In this document: positions 1-14,424 of the stretch, one piece after another | How positions within the stretch are numbered: position 1 is the stretch's first letter | Layout of the letters: every line of letters begins with the position of its first letter | Assembly: GCA_951406725.2 (NCBI GenBank) | Contig: OX597834.1 | Span: forward strand, 21,080,001 to 21,144,000 | Length of the DNA: 64,000 nt | Reading direction: 5' to 3' | Source: Octopus vulgaris | Lineage: Eukaryota | The notes under the pieces: generated by a model | The model's database searches: none | Seen by the model: only the letters and a program-made list of their open reading frames with translations | Told to the model about the DNA's origin: nothing | Made by a program: the position numbers and the translations under genes

Positions 1-170
1 TTTTTTTCTTGGGGCTGGCAGAGTTGGAGCAAATATCAGAATTAAACAGCCGAAATTTGCTATGATGATTCGGTGTCTGACTGAAGATTGAAGGCTTCGA
101 ATGATTTGTCTGTGTTCCGTGTTTGTCCCTTCCTGTATTTCACGTTCTTTATATATAAAACATTTATTCT

Positions 171-239
<69 letters not shown>

Positions 240-510
240 ATATATATCATCATCATCATCATCATTTAACGTCCGTTTTACGTGCTAGCATGGGTTATAC
301 ATTATATATATATATATATATAAATATATATATATAAAACCAACTCTTCTTAATGTAATCCATACCATCTACATGAGAGGTTTCGGTGAATTTCTATCTA
401 TTTAGAAATAAAAACTAAGACCTCTTCCAAATTAAGAATACTTTATTACATTGCAATCTACCAGGCACACATCTTTCTCTCTCCCCCCTCTCTCTCTCTC
501 TCTCTGTTTC

Positions 511-546
<36 letters not shown>

Positions 547-1305
547 TAAACAACTGAATGCAAAACCAACCATGCCATCGATGGAGATGATTATAGCACA
601 AGATGGAGAAACCTAAAGATTCAGAACTCTCCAACATCACGTTTTCTGACAACCATTAAAACATGATCATGTTTTCTGTTTTTTGTTTGCCTTTTTTTTT
701 TATCAGAATTTCTATATGAAAAACATATCTTTCATGCTTAATCAGCTCAATTCTCAAATTCCGATACAGACTTGGCGTCCAGCAGCTGCTCTGATCTGTA
801 AATTAGTCACAGCAATTGATCTATAGACTATAAACGATCAATAGAGGGCAGCAGGGCAGCACGGCTCTTGTGTAGAAACAGAAACTATAAATTCAATAAA
901 GTTAGATACTAAATAAATTCACAGCAGTACTGTAATTAAATGATGGTGGTGGTGGTGGTGGTGGCTGCTGGTGCTGTTGTTGTTGTTATTGATGATGTTG
1001 ATGATGTTGATGATGATGATGATGATGTTTTTTTTTGTTTTTTTTCTGGTATTGGCAAAATAGGACAGAAACTTTCAGCACAGGAATAGCAATTCAAACT
1101 GAATTCTCAACTTGACTGGTATTTTATGAACTCCTGGATAGAGGAAAATTAAAGCTGACCTCTGGTAGATTTGAACTTTAGAGAATATGAACAGAATTAA
1201 CTCACTAACTTAGGGCATGTTGTATGATGCTCTACCAAAAGCTCTCATCTACTAAACAACAACAACAATAATAATTATTATTATTATAATAATAATGATA
1301 ATAAT

Positions 1306-1558
1306 CCTTTCTACTGGAGGCAAAAGGCCTCAGATTTGTGGGGTGGGGTCTCATCGATTACATTGAGCCCCAGTGTTTCACTGGTACGTATTTTATCAAC
1401 CCCTAAAGGATGAAAGGCAAAGTCAGCCTCGGCGGAATTTGAACTCAGGACATAGTGGCAGGTGAAATACCGCTAACCATTTTGCCTGGCATGCTAACAA
1501 TTCTGCCAGCTCACTGCCTTAATAATAATAATAATACTACTACTACTACTACTACTAC

Positions 1559-1606
<48 letters not shown>

Positions 1607-1840
1607 TGATGATAATAATAATCTTTATTACTATAGGCACAAAGCCTGAAATTTTCTAGGGGAGGGGACTAGTCGATTACATTGACCCCAGTGTTTAACT
1701 GGTACTTAATTTATCGACCCCGAAAGGCTGAAAGGCAAAGTCGACCTCAGCAGGATTTGAACTTGGAACATAAAGACAGAGGAAATGCTGCAAAACATTT
1801 TTGTCCAGTGTGCTAATGTTTCTGCCTGCTCACTACCTTA
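1306..1840 (-). mobile_element. Two head-to-tail copies of SINE family B, separated and flanked by (AAT)n
   Basis: Minus strand reads ggcagtgagctggcagaa...ttcaaattccgccgagg..gactttgcctttcatcctt..ggggt.gataaa...gtaccag. Pol III A/B-box-like head; the same sequence recurs many times in the window. Confidence 0.85.
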
Positions 1841-2648
1841 ATAACAACAACAATAATAATAATAATAATAACAACAACAATGACAACAGTGAGTGCAATT
1901 AAAACACGCATAGAAAAGAAAATAACAGTTGCCTTACAGAAAGCAATCAACATTCTTCCATTAAATTGGATTTTATCAAATGCTTAAGTAAATAAAAGTT
2001 GATCAAATATTTATTGGGGAGTTTAATTTAAAATTGATAAAACTGTAAGAATGTAATTACCACAAAATTAAGATCTTGCAGGGTGCTAATTCTAAAGAGA
2101 TTAGCACAGCCTAAAAATTTCAGTTTTATTTTTTCCTTGTCTTCTTTTGTTTTTGCTATATTCCATTACAAGACTGTTACCAGTCATTCAACAAGTAACT
2201 ATGGAAGAATGCTTTCATTACACTCTGAAATTCCAAAATCTGAGAATCCCTTATTTGATGAGTAACAAAATAAATATACTTTTGTCAGAGTAATACAACT
2301 GAAAATTCTTCGTCTAAAAATCTAAATTTTGAAAAACCTCTAAAATCTGAAAGTTTTTCTGAATGCTGATTTGCAGCGCCAAAAATGGAAAATTCCACGA
2401 AGTGGTTGTTGTGTGGTACTTTAAAATGCTGACGTTTTTCAGCTTCCATTTTATCTACTTGTAATCATGTTCAATGCTTTATTTTTATATCTTAGATAAA
2501 AACCTGACACTTGCAAAGTAAAACAATAAAACGCAACTGGCATATGTGTATTGTACCTTTTTAACCAAAACATGGCATCGTAGGTGGAGACTGGTAGCTT
2601 AACTTTCTGATGGTATCAAGTATAAAAAGAATTACTAACAAATTTACA

Positions 2649-2878
2649 TTAACCCTTTTGTTACTGTATTTCTGTTGAGATGCTCTCTGTTTCTTTCAAT
2701 TAATTTTAAATATAACAAAAAATTTAGTGAAATAACTTAGTTATCGTTAAGCTAGTGTTAGGAACATAAATTGTGACTAAGGTTTGGCAGAAAATTTTAA
2801 TTCAAAACTTATGAAAACAAGACATTTATACAACAGAGTCAGAGGTGGTTTCAGCCAGGTTGGTATCAAAAGGGTTAA
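2649..2878. mobile_element. piggyBac-type MITE, 230 bp including both TTAA
   Basis: TTAA-CCCTTTTGTTAC ... GTATCAAAAGGG-TTAA; three copies in the window. Confidence 0.85.
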
Positions 2879-2900
2879 GAATTGTTTCTCATTATATATT

Positions 2901-3130
2901 TTAACCCTTTTGTTACTGTATTTATTTTGAGGTGCTCTGTATTTCTTTTAATTAATTTTAAATATAACAAAAAATTTAGTGAAATAACTTAGTTATCGTT
3001 AAGCTAGTGTTAGGAACATAAATTGTGACTAAGGTTTGGTGGAAGATTTTACTTCAGAACTTTTGAAAGCAAGACATTTGTATTTCAGAGCCAGAGGCAG
3101 TTTCAGCTGGGTTCGTATCGAAAGGGTTAA
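2901..3130. mobile_element. piggyBac-type MITE, second copy
   Basis: TTAA-CCCTTTTGTTAC ... GTATCGAAAGGG-TTAA; starts 22 bp after the first copy. Confidence 0.85.
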
Positions 3131-5292
3131 ACTATATTCAGGGTCTATGTATAAGCTGTATTATGAGATGTAAATGGATATTCATGTTTAGCCCCATTGT
3201 ACTGCATTTTGAGATGTTGGGCAAATGCCTTCTGTCATAGCGCTGGCTTAGCAGAGCTTTGTCAGAGGATTTGGTACATAGAAACTGAAAAGAATCCCAT
3301 CAAACCAGTGGAGTGGTAAACAAACACATACACATTTACTCACACACGCACATACATCCAACAAGCTTCTGCACTGTTTCCATCTACGAAGTTCACTATA
3401 GCAAACACTTGTCCAAGGTGCCATGTAGTGGGACTGAACCCAAAACCACGCCGTTGCAAAGCAAGCTTCATAACCACACAGCTGTGCCTCTGCCTATGTT
3501 GCATCTTGTCTAGAAAAGACAGCAAATGTGATGGGCATGGTTGGAATGCTTTTGATCATATGTTTGTTGATTCAAAGCTGACCCCATCTGTGTGTGCGTG
3601 TGTGTGGAGTAGGAAGGGGTTTAATTAACAACAATAATATATGAAGCAATACATTCCCAATATCCTATAATCCCTCTTTCTCCTCCTCTTCAGTCTCCCC
3701 CTCAGATAAAGATGTATGAGTGAAAAATATAAGGTGTTCAAACAGTCCGATTATAAGGAAAACAATATAGGGATTAACTCGATTTCTTACCCCCTACTTT
3801 TTCTCTGTCTTCCTCTCTTCATTTATCTCTGCCTTTGTCTGTCCCCGACCCCTTCTGCATTAAGATTACTTGTCTGATTACAGACTTAGGGAGATTAAAA
3901 TGTCTGTTTGACCACAGATACAAGAGATTAGCACACTGTTGCTTCTTCTGTGTTTCTGTGTGTGTGTGTGTGTGTGTGTGCATATATGTGTGTATGTATA
4001 TGTGTGTGTGTTTGCATATGTGTGAATATATACTTATGTATGTATGTATGTATGTGTGTGTGTGCATATATGTGTGTTTGCATATGTGGGAATATATGCT
4101 TATGTATGTATGTATGTGTGTGTGTGTGCATATATGTGTGTATGTATATGTGTTTGCATATGTGTGAATATATGCTTATGTATGTATGAATGAATGTGTG
4201 CGTATGTATGTATGTATGTATGTATGTATGTATGTATGTATGTGTGTGTGTATATTTCTGTGTGTATGTGTGTGTGTGTGTGTGTATGTTAAAGACATGA
4301 CTGTGTTTGAGTTAAATCATTTTTTATAAAGGATTTTTTTCCTATTTCCTTATTAGTCTTCATTTATGCTGGGTTTTCAACGATGACATAATGCTTCTAA
4401 ACGCATTAGCATTACGTTTTGAGACATTCACAAACGACATGCAAGTGTGTGTGTGCTGGATGCATAATAATATCTGTTGTGCACTGATAATGGAAATGCA
4501 TGGATGATATGCTTCATGGTGAATCTTTTTTATCTTTGTGTCTCATTACTGTGAACTTACCCTTCATGCTTATAATGTGGAACGTGTTTGTGGGTTCATG
4601 GTTTTATGGTAATTACATTAACTGATACTGCTTAATTGATTTCATGGATAATACTTAATTGATGGTTCCCAGTTTGGTAAAGTTATTTTGTGGCAAATAT
4701 ACTCTCTTTCTCTTTAACTCTTTTACTTGTTTCAGTCATTTGACTGCGGCCATGCTGGAGCACCGCCTTTAGTCGAGCAAATCGACCCCGGGACTTATTC
4801 TTTGTAAGCCCAGTACTTATTCTATCGGTACTTATTCTACTTATTCTAATTTTACAATATCATGATAATAAAAGATATATTTATTGTGATAAAACTAGTA
4901 CTTTCATGCATTACACAATCGTCAGGTTTACATAGTAGTAGTGGCAGTTGGGTTCCACAATTGACAACTGTAGTGAAATGATTAGCCATGTCTGTTAAGT
5001 ACCCTCCGATGGGTATACGTATAGATATGTATATGTGTGTGTCTTTGTGTCTGTGATTGTCTCCCACCACCACTGTTGTTGGTGTGTTTACATGCCATAA
5101 TGTAGTGGTTCAGCAAAGGATACTGATAAAATAAGAACTAGGCTTTCAAAAAAAATAATATCGGGGTCAATTCATGTGACTATAAAAATTCTTCAAGGTG
5201 GTGCTCCAGTATGGCCGTGATCTCATGACTGAAGCATGTAAGCAGTAAAACATAAAAGATACACACACACACACACAGACACACACATATTA

Positions 5293-5521
5293 TTCTTTAC
5301 TACCCAGAAGAGGCTAAACACAGAGAGGACAAACAAGGACAGACAGAGGGATTAAGTCGATTATATCGACCCCAGTGCGTAACTGGTACTTATTTAATCG
5401 ACCCCCGAAAGGATGAAAGGCAAAGTTGACCTCGGCGGAATTTGAACTCAGAACGTAGCGACAGACGAAATACTGCTGAGCATCTCGCCCGGCGTGCTAA
5501 CGTTTCTGCCAACTCGCCGCC
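5293..5521 (-). mobile_element. SINE family B, well-preserved copy
   Basis: Full head ggcggcgagttggcagaaacgttagcacgccggg, core gcctttcatcctttcgggggtcgattaaataagtaccag, tail ...gtttagcc..ctgggtagtaaagaa. Confidence 0.88.
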
Positions 5522-5892
5522 TTACACACACGTTGTTTTCCATGAAGTGGTAATAAATGCTTCCTTTTTTTTCGGTTCCAGCAGTCAAAATGTCTGGGTG
5601 ATCCCATGATTTGTAAATTATTTTTACAGGTCAACTTATGAGGAAGGTAACTGGGTAGGGGTGGGTGGGTGTACATAGCTAGTTTCTAGTGATTTGTGTT
5701 GGGGAGGGTGTGTATGACTTGGGACAGGGGTGGAATGATTGTGGAGGGGGGTGAAAGTGACAGAGGTGGGGGAGTATGTAAGAAATACATTAGAAAAGAA
5801 ATATATTATATATATATATATATCATACACACATATATATATAGACACATACATATTCCTGTATGTACAGATATATGTGTATATATATATTA

Positions 5893-5934
<42 letters not shown>

Positions 5935-6229
5935 TATATATTCCTGTGTGTACATATATATATGTATATATAATATATATATATATACATTTTGTATTAT
6001 GTGTGTGTGTGCATATGTGTAAGTGTGTGTATGTGAGTATATGTGTGTATGTATGTGTATATATGTGTGTATGCATGTGTGTATGTATATATATATATAC
6101 ACACACACATACACACACACACATATATAAGAGGTATTTGTATATATATACAAATACCTCTTATATATGTGTGTGTGTGTATATATATATATGCATACAC
6201 ATGTGCATATATGTGTGCATATATGTGTG

Positions 6230-6289
<60 letters not shown>

Positions 6290-6860
6290 GTTTCCTAATC
6301 CATCTATTTTAGCCATCACTGGTAAATTAAACAGTGACATTAAAGAGATTTGTTTTCCTTTCCCTGCCAATATCCCACTTGGGTTCATTTCTTGAGACAC
6401 AGGAAGGGATTTCATTTCAGTTAATTGCTTATGAGTATCATTGATTAATTAATCTATCAATCCGACAAACTTTTAATATTAGAGACACTAGGCCTGATAA
6501 GTTCCTGCCCACCCCTCCACCTGTCGTCTGGTGTTCTGTCACGGAAGCTTGAGGAAGGAAGTTGAAGGAAGGAACAGGAAATGATATTTCATGCTTAATA
6601 TATGTATATATATATATATGTATATGTGTATATATATATATATAAATGTATATATATATATGTATATATATGTATGTATATGTGTATATGTATATATATA
6701 TGTATGTATATATATATACACATGTACATACATATATATATATACACATATTTATATAGACATGTATACATATATATATGTGCATGTGTATCTATATTTG
6801 TATATGTGTATATATATATATGTGTGTATTTGTATATGCATATATACATGTATGTTTGTA

Positions 6861-6902
<42 letters not shown>

Positions 6903-7151
6903 CATGCATACATACCTACAAATGTACATACATACATACATAAATACAAAGAGAAATATATCTATTTATGAACAGCTATATACACTCACCGATCTTTCAC
7001 CTGGGAGTAGTTTGATATGTGACACTGTACGAAACTTTTGGACCTTGAGTCACTCTGTTACTTCCTCTAAATATTAATATATATATACACACATGCACAT
7101 GCATATATACATCCATATACATGTATTACACATGCACACACACACACACAC

Positions 7152-7569
7152 CTATCTCTTTCTTTCTCTTTCTCTTACTTGTTTCAGTCATTTGACTGCG
7201 GTCATGCTGGAGCACCGCCTTTAATCGAGCAACTCGACCCCGGGACTTATTCTTTTGTAAGCCCAGTACTTATTCTATTGGTCTCTTTTGCTGAACCGCT
7301 AAGTAATGGGGACATAAACACACCAGCATCGGTTGTCAAGCAATGCTAGGGGGACAAACACAGACACACAATCACACACATGCATATATATATATACATA
7401 TATATACGACGGGCTTCTTTCAGTTTCCGTCTACCAAATCTACTCACAAGGCTTTGGTCGGCCTGAGGCTATAGTAGAAGACACTTGCCCTAGGTGCCAT
7501 GCAGTGGGACTGAACCCGGAACCGTGTGGTTGGTAAACAAGCTACTTACCACACAGCCACTCCTGTGCC
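7152..7569 (-). mobile_element. SINE family A, full length (tRNA-like head, internal TA/TG microsatellite, A/G-rich tail)
   Basis: Minus strand ggcacaggagtggctgtgtggtaagtagcttg...ggttcagtcccac...ccagcatgaccgcagtcaaatgactgaaacaagtaagag; about 20 copies or fragments in the window. Confidence 0.9.
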
Positions 7570-7616
<47 letters not shown>

Positions 7617-8034
7617 TTACAGAGAAATCAATACAGAAGTTGAAATCAAATACAAACGCATCCAAAGTTGAAGCAAACGTTTGCCATAAATTTTATTAGT
7701 TCTGGTGCTCAAAGAGAAAAGTTATAAAGTGGAAATACATATATTGGTTCATCAGTTGAATCCATTCAATTTTTCTTATTTTTTCTAAAGCAGTAAAATT
7801 TATTCAGATTTCAAAAATGATAAACAAATTTTGTAGAGTTAGAAGTTAAAAACAAGCAAAAAAAAACATAAAACATTGCGTTAAAAATATTTTTTGCATT
7901 ACTTCAAATAATAGTGGAAAGGATTAAAATAAATAGGGAAAGGAAAAAATGGATTTATTTGATCGCCTTGTATATGTGTGAGTGTGTATATTGGTTTGGT
8001 AGTATAAAGAGGATGAACAGAACTGAATATATAT

Positions 8035-8266
8035 ATAGAGGGTGGCCTAAAAGTAGGCACTTAAGTAGGCACTTAAGATTTCTTTTAAAACATTTTATTA
8101 CTTTTAAATTTCTGTCTTACAAACTGAAAAGGGAGCTTGACAAAATTAACTAAATTAGCATAGAGTAATGGTTTCGTATTTTCAAAATTAAGATCTAAAT
8201 TGTTAATTCATGAGTGCGAAAGAGATAGTTGAATGACTATAAACCTACTTTTGTGCCACCCTTTAT
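8035..8266. mobile_element. Tc1/mariner-like MITE
   Basis: Terminal inverted repeats atagagggtggcctaaaagtagg / cctacttttgtgccaccctttat (20/23 match), TA-flanked. Confidence 0.65.
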
Positions 8267-8267
8267 G

Positions 8268-8688
8268 TGAAGGTGCATGACTCAGTGGTTAGAGCAATCA
8301 TGAGGTAGCTGGTTCGATTCCTGGATTGGGATGTATGTTGTGTTTTGAGCAAGACATTTTATTTCATATTGCTCCAATTCACTCAGCTGTAGAAATGAGT
8401 TATGACAATTCATTGGCACCAAGCTGTATCGGCCTTTGCCTTTCCCTTGGATAACATCAGTGGCATGGAAAAGGGAGGCTGGTATGCATGGGTTACTTCT
8501 GATCTTCCATAAACAACCTTGCCTGGACTTGTACCTCAGGGGGTCTGAAGTGGGGTCCTTACCTTTTATATATACTTCAAATGTGAAGGCGCATGGCTCA
8601 GGGGTTAGAGCATCAGGTTTACAATCATACAGTAGTGAGTTTGATTCTAGGACTGGATCATGTGTTGTGTTCTTGAGCATAGAAGACA
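8268..8688 (+). mobile_element. SINE family E (tRNA head plus CORE-like domain), followed by a second truncated head
   Basis: ggtgcatgactcagtggttagagc...ggttcgattcc, then ttgagcaagacattttatttc...ctcagctgtagaaatgagt; second head at about 8583-8688. Confidence 0.7.
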
Positions 8689-8959
8689 CACTGTGGCAAA
8701 TAGATTTTTCAAAAAAATATGTTTTTCCACAGTTTTTTCAAAAAATATCTCATAAAAGTCTCCCTGGGGCTTGTATGCAAAATGCCCCTACCCATAAGTT
8801 TTAATGCACTAAGAATATTTTTCCTGAATATGAGCAGCTGAAACTGGGTGTCTTTCATGCCATCAAATACAGTATATTTTGGGTTTCTGAATAAATAAAT
8901 GTTTTTTTCAATTCTTTCTAAAAAATTATGAGAAATCATATATTTGTTTGCGACAGTGT

Positions 8960-9177
8960 TGTGATGGTGCCACATGAAAAGCACTGGTGAGGGTGTCACA
9001 TAAAAAGCATTGATGATGGTGCCACTCTGTAAAGTGGTTAGTGTTAGGAAGGGTATCCAGCTGTAGAAACCAAACCAAAACAGACTATGGAATCTGCTGC
9101 AGCCCCTGTCCTTGCCAGTTCCTGACAAGTCATCCAACCCATGCCAGCATGGAAGACAGACGTTAAATGATGATGAG
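8960..9177 (+). mobile_element. Retroposon family C with (GAT)n tail
   Basis: gttaggaagggtatccagctgtagaaac...ccaacccatgccagcatggaagacagacgttaaatgatgatga. Confidence 0.75.
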
Positions 9178-9672
9178 GAGGAGGAGGAGGAGGAGTGTCT
9201 GTTTCTACCCTGAGCAGGGTCTCATCAACCATAATAATTTTGGTTATAGATTAGCAATTAAATCAATGAAAAAAAAAAAAAAAAAAATATATCGATTAAT
9301 AAAATTAATTAACAGAATTCCTCATCAATTCAGTTGGCTTCATTGAGTCATATGTTTGGTTGCCACAGAGTAGCTGTTTCTTCTCTGTGTAGGGTCTCAT
9401 CAGCAACCATAACATTGACGACAGATAATCAATTAAATCAGAAAAAACAAAATAAAATTTTTTTAAATATATAAATAAATAAAAACAAAATAAACAGAAT
9501 TACTTACTCAGCAATTCTAGAGCTTTTATCAAAATTTTTATAAGATATTAATGGAAATATAACAAGATTTTTTACTTAAAAAATGTCTTTTAAGCTTCTT
9601 TCATGGTGAGATTAATTTCTGAATAAATATTAAAAAAAAAAACATCATCATCATTATCGTTATTATTACTTT

Positions 9673-9879
9673 TCTGGCAGAATCATTAGCATGCTGAACA
9701 AAGTGTTTTGTGGCTTTCTTCTGTCTCTATGTTCTGAGTTCGAATCCTACCAAGGTCGACTTAGCCATTCATCCTTTCGGAGGTGGGGTCGATAAAATAA
9801 GTACCAGTTGTGCACTGGGTTGATGTAATCATCTTACTTTTTCCCCAAAAAATCATGCCTTGTGCCTATAACAGAAAGG

Positions 9880-9941
<62 letters not shown>

Positions 9942-10385
9942 GGTGGCAAGCTGGTACAATCATTAGCACACTGGGTGAAATGCTTACCGTCATTTTGGTT
10001 GTCGCTATGTTCTGAGTTCAAATTCCACCATAGTTCACTTGGCCTTTCATCCTTTCAGGGTCAATTAAATAAGTACCAGTTATGTACTGGGGTTTAGTGT
10101 AATCAACTTAAACCCTTTTCCCAAGCTGCCCTTGTGGCAAAAATTTGAAATCATTATTATTATTATTATTAAGGTGGTGAGGTGAGAGAGTCATTAGCAT
10201 GCAAGGTGAAATGCTTAGCAGCATTTCATTTGTCCCTACGTTCTGAGTTCAAATTCCACCAGGGTCGCCTTTGATTTTCATTCTTTTGGGATTAATGAAA
10301 TGAGCACCAGTTATACATTGGGTTCGATGTGATCGACTTTCCCCTCTCCCCCAGTATTTCATGCCTTGTGCCTACATTTGAAAGA
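9673..10385 (+). mobile_element. Three tandem SINE family B copies separated by (ATT)n
   Basis: Three repeats of ttctgagttc.aa...cctttc...aagtaccagtt...ctggg, each followed by an (ATT)n tract. Confidence 0.8.
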
Positions 10386-11010
10386 TTATTATTATTGTTG
10401 TTGTTACTGTTGTTATTACCATCATCATCAAAAGATCACGCCTTGTGACTACAAAAGAAAAGATTATTATAATTATTATCATTATTATCATTTTTATTAT
10501 TAATATTATTGTTGTTGTTACCGTCATCATTGTCATCGGAGTTTCTTTTTTTTTTTTTATAATAACTAAATATGGAAACATTTTCGTATATAAAAGGACC
10601 TGTCAATCATTCAAACTTAAGGTGACTCTAACAGTTGACATAGAATAAACGGTTCTTACGTGGTGTATTTTTGTTTCTTAAATACACAGATATGCATGTA
10701 CAGATGCACATGCATGCACGTGCAGCATGCTGCATTGTCTGTGTAAAAGCAATCAGTCATAGATTCTTAAACTGTCCTACATACAGACAACCCATTCGCA
10801 TGCACATGCTTGCTCTCCTGCACGCACACAGTTGCACTTTTACATGCCTTACGCCACGAGACGTAGCCGCATGATGCGCAGCAGACGAACATATACAGAC
10901 TCACAAACCCATGTTTATGTGTGTATGTGTAAACATACTGGTGTTTATATATACGTATGTGTGTGTATGTGTATTAGGAAAGAAACAAAGTGTGAAAGAG
11001 AAAATGCATA

Positions 11011-11047
<37 letters not shown>

Positions 11048-11432
11048 CACACACACACACACACATTCATCTTATATAACCCGTATACATATATATATAA
11101 TATATATGCATATATCATAATATATATATTTATGAGTGTGTATGTGTGTGTGCATGTATGTATTATAATATGTTTGTGTATATATATATGCTATAATATA
11201 CATATATTATAATACATATATATTATAATATATGCATGTATATATATGTATATATATATGCATATATATATATAGATATATATATATATACATACACACA
11301 TATATATATATACACATAAATGGCAGTGCATCAGCATGGCCGCAGCTCTGAGCTGAAACAAGCAACAAAAAAATATATATATATTATAATATATAATATA
11401 TGTATGTATATATATATTATATATGAATGTTA

Positions 11433-11473
<41 letters not shown>

Positions 11474-11509
11474 CATATAATATATATATATATTATAACA
11501 TATAATATA

Positions 11510-11554
<45 letters not shown>

Positions 11555-12475
11555 GTGTGTATAAATAGATTTATTACACTTAGATTATAGGTAACCTGAA
11601 TACATATATATATACACACACACACACTTTCTCACTCATATTTTTATACAACCCACTGAAATATATCCATCTACACACACAGGTACGTACACACACACAC
11701 ACACGTCTGCTCACCTCTCTCACCCATCTCTCTTAACCAAACACTATCAGAAGGTACTGCTGTCTTCTGAAGTCAAAACAGAATAAAGGGATATTCATAG
11801 AATCTCCAAGACAATCCATTCCATTCCACTGAGTCTGTCTGACAGCCATTTAATCTTAACTTTAAAGCTGACATGGTCGTTGTCGTTGAATTAGCATGAG
11901 ATTCCCCAATTCTTCAAATAAATTCCTTCCAAAATGTGTATCCATAAATCAGATTTGTGTGTGTGTCTTAACATCTGTATGCATGTATGTTTGTGTGGTT
12001 ATGTACATTAGATTTTGCGGTTACGTTAGGAGACATAATTATGGATAGATGTGTGAGTGTTTGTATAATACTCCTATTTGAACGTGAAGAAGACTTTGCT
12101 TGAAAGTAAAAGGTGTCGACTGTCTTAAGCAGCAATTTTATGATGGCCATAAATGCATTTGTATTTGTTGTTGTGTGAGTGATGGGTGTGATACAAGCCT
12201 GCAGCTTAGTTTCAAGCAGTAAGCACAAGAGCAAAGTGTGTTTGTGCATCTGTGTGTGTATATTTATACATATATAATGTCGTGTCTGAAAAATTACAAA
12301 CAGTGAAAAGTGCTTGCACAAAATCTTCCTTCCATCAGGTCTGTGTTACCCTATGTTTTTAAAAATTGTTTTAAAAATTGTTATTAATTTTGATTTAAGA
12401 AAATCTTTTTCAAACACACTTACACATATGTATGCACTCATACATATACATACACATACACACACACCTGGCTCT

Positions 12476-13198
12476 TTATTAGTTAGGATGACAAACGTTC
12501 CAGTTGATTTAATCTACAGAACAGCCTGCTCATGAAATTAATGTGCGAGTGGCTGAGCACTCCACAGACAAACATACTCTTTACTCTCTTTTTACTCTTT
12601 TACTTGTTTCAGTCATTTGACTGCGGCCATGCTGGAGCACCGCCTTTAGTCGAGCAAATCGACCCCGGGACTTATTCTTTGTAAGCCCAGTACTTATTCC
12701 ATCGGTCTCTTTTGCCGAACTGCTAAGTGACGGTGACGTAAACACACCAGCATCGGTTGTCAAGCAATGCTAGAAGGACAAACACAGATACACAAGCATA
12801 TACACACACACTTATATATATATATACATATATACGACAGGCTTCTTTCAGTTTCCGTCTACTAAATCCACTCACAAGGCTTTGGTCGGCCCGAGGCTAT
12901 AGCAGAAGACACTTGCCCAAGATGCCACGCTGTGGGACTGAACCCGGAACCATGTGGCTGGTTAGCAAGCTACTTACCACACAGCCACTCCTGCGTGTAC
13001 TCTTAATGTAATTCTCAGAGCGATTCAGCACAACACAGATTGTGAGAATGTTGGCTTTTTGAATTACAGGTACAGTTCACTTTTTTGCCAGCTGAGTGGA
13101 ATGGAGCAATGAGAAATAAAGTGTCTTGCTCAATGCGGCACTGGGAATTGAACTCGTAACCCTACAATCATGAACCAAATACCCTAACCACTAGGTCA
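12476..13198 (-). mobile_element. SINE family E containing a full family A copy at 12581-12994
   Basis: The E body resumes on both sides of the A copy; duplicated tactctt at the junctions. Confidence 0.8.
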
Positions 13199-13254
13199 CA
13201 CACACACACACACACACAGAGGCATTAATATAATCACACATATATACATATTTA

Positions 13255-13500
13255 TAAATAATATAATAATGAAATTATTGTATACAGTGCTCAGGTGCAC
13301 CACAACTTGTCGAAAAGTGCGTATAAAGTATATGTAGTAATGTACAAATGTCTGGAAAGCGAACAGTGTATGAGTCAGATACATGCTTGTGTGTGTATTG
13401 AGGGAAAAAAATCAGGTATAGTGTTGGCAAATCTCAGGAAGCATGGAAGTTTTGAAGGATGCAGTGCTCCGACAACTAACAACTGATGGCAGCAGTCTGT
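13255..13500 (-). mobile_element. CR1-type LINE extreme 3' end (end of ORF2 plus 3' UTR)
   Basis: Minus strand translates ...LLPSVVSCRSTASFKTSMLPEICQHYT*; a related copy lies at 39470-40075. Confidence 0.6.
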
Positions 13501-14424
13501 TGACTAAATTTTGTGAGATAAATTAGGTTGGTGGAAACTATGTGGAAGCCTAATAGTGTGTGTATGTGTTAGTCACGGTGTTTGTCCCCCACTATGGTTT
13601 AAGAGCCAGTGCTGCTCTGTTTACTTAACTTAGCAGTTCAGTAAAGGAGACCGATAGAATAAGCTCCAGGCTTTAAAAAATAAGTCCCAGGGTTGATTCA
13701 TTTGACTAAAGACTCTTCAAGACAGTGCTCCAGTATGGCCACAGTCAAATGACCAAAACAAGTGGAAAAAATAGAGATGTGTGTGTGTATGTGCGTGCAT
13801 GTGTGTGCGTGCGCATGTGTGTGTGTGTGTGTATATATGTGTGTATTTGTCTGTGTGCACATATACATTCGAACTCATAGTGTAGTGAACCAAAACCAGT
13901 GCCACAAAGCAATTTGTCCTTGGCTCTCAACAAGTCAGAGGTGATGCTAAACTAGGTGACAGCATCGTCTGCCACCCACAAACGCACACACCTACACGTA
14001 TACTCACGTGTGTGAACATTCTCATTTAAAGACAAAGTGAGCTGTTGTAAAATGTAGTGCAGTAATTGTGCAACACTTTGAATGGAAGATAAATTAAGAA
14101 CATCACTCTGTTAATTATCTAAATGTCTGTAATGAGTTTAGTTTTAATGAGATTAGAAGTTCTCAGACTATTAACTACAGTTTCAGAGATAAAGAACTTT
14201 ATTTTGATATTTACGTACATCTGCGACTACGTTCTTCAATTAGTGTAATCGACAAACGTTGGCCAGCATTATATATTCTTCATAAAAAGGGGCCACACCA
14301 AAGTAGGATTTGAACTCACAATATAAAGAGTTTTAACAAAAGATCTGTATATAATCAAAAATTCACCTTATGTAACTCCTTTTTAAATGATCTCATCATG
14401 TCTATTTCAATATTTGATATTGGG

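Larger units (their letters stand above)
2294..3215 (+). mobile_element. Decayed pogo/Tigger-like non-autonomous DNA transposon, interrupted by two piggyBac-type MITEs
   Basis: Segments aaaatctgaaagtttttctgaatgctga...tggaaaattccac, gtaggtggagactg...aactttctgatgg and tatgtataagctgta...atgtaaatggatattcatgtttag resemble, from memory, a Tigger4-type consensus in colinear order. Confidence 0.5.

Noticed and set aside
7500-7569. tRNA-like sequence with A/B boxes
   Set aside because: SINE head; no complete cloverleaf, and it continues into the SINE body.
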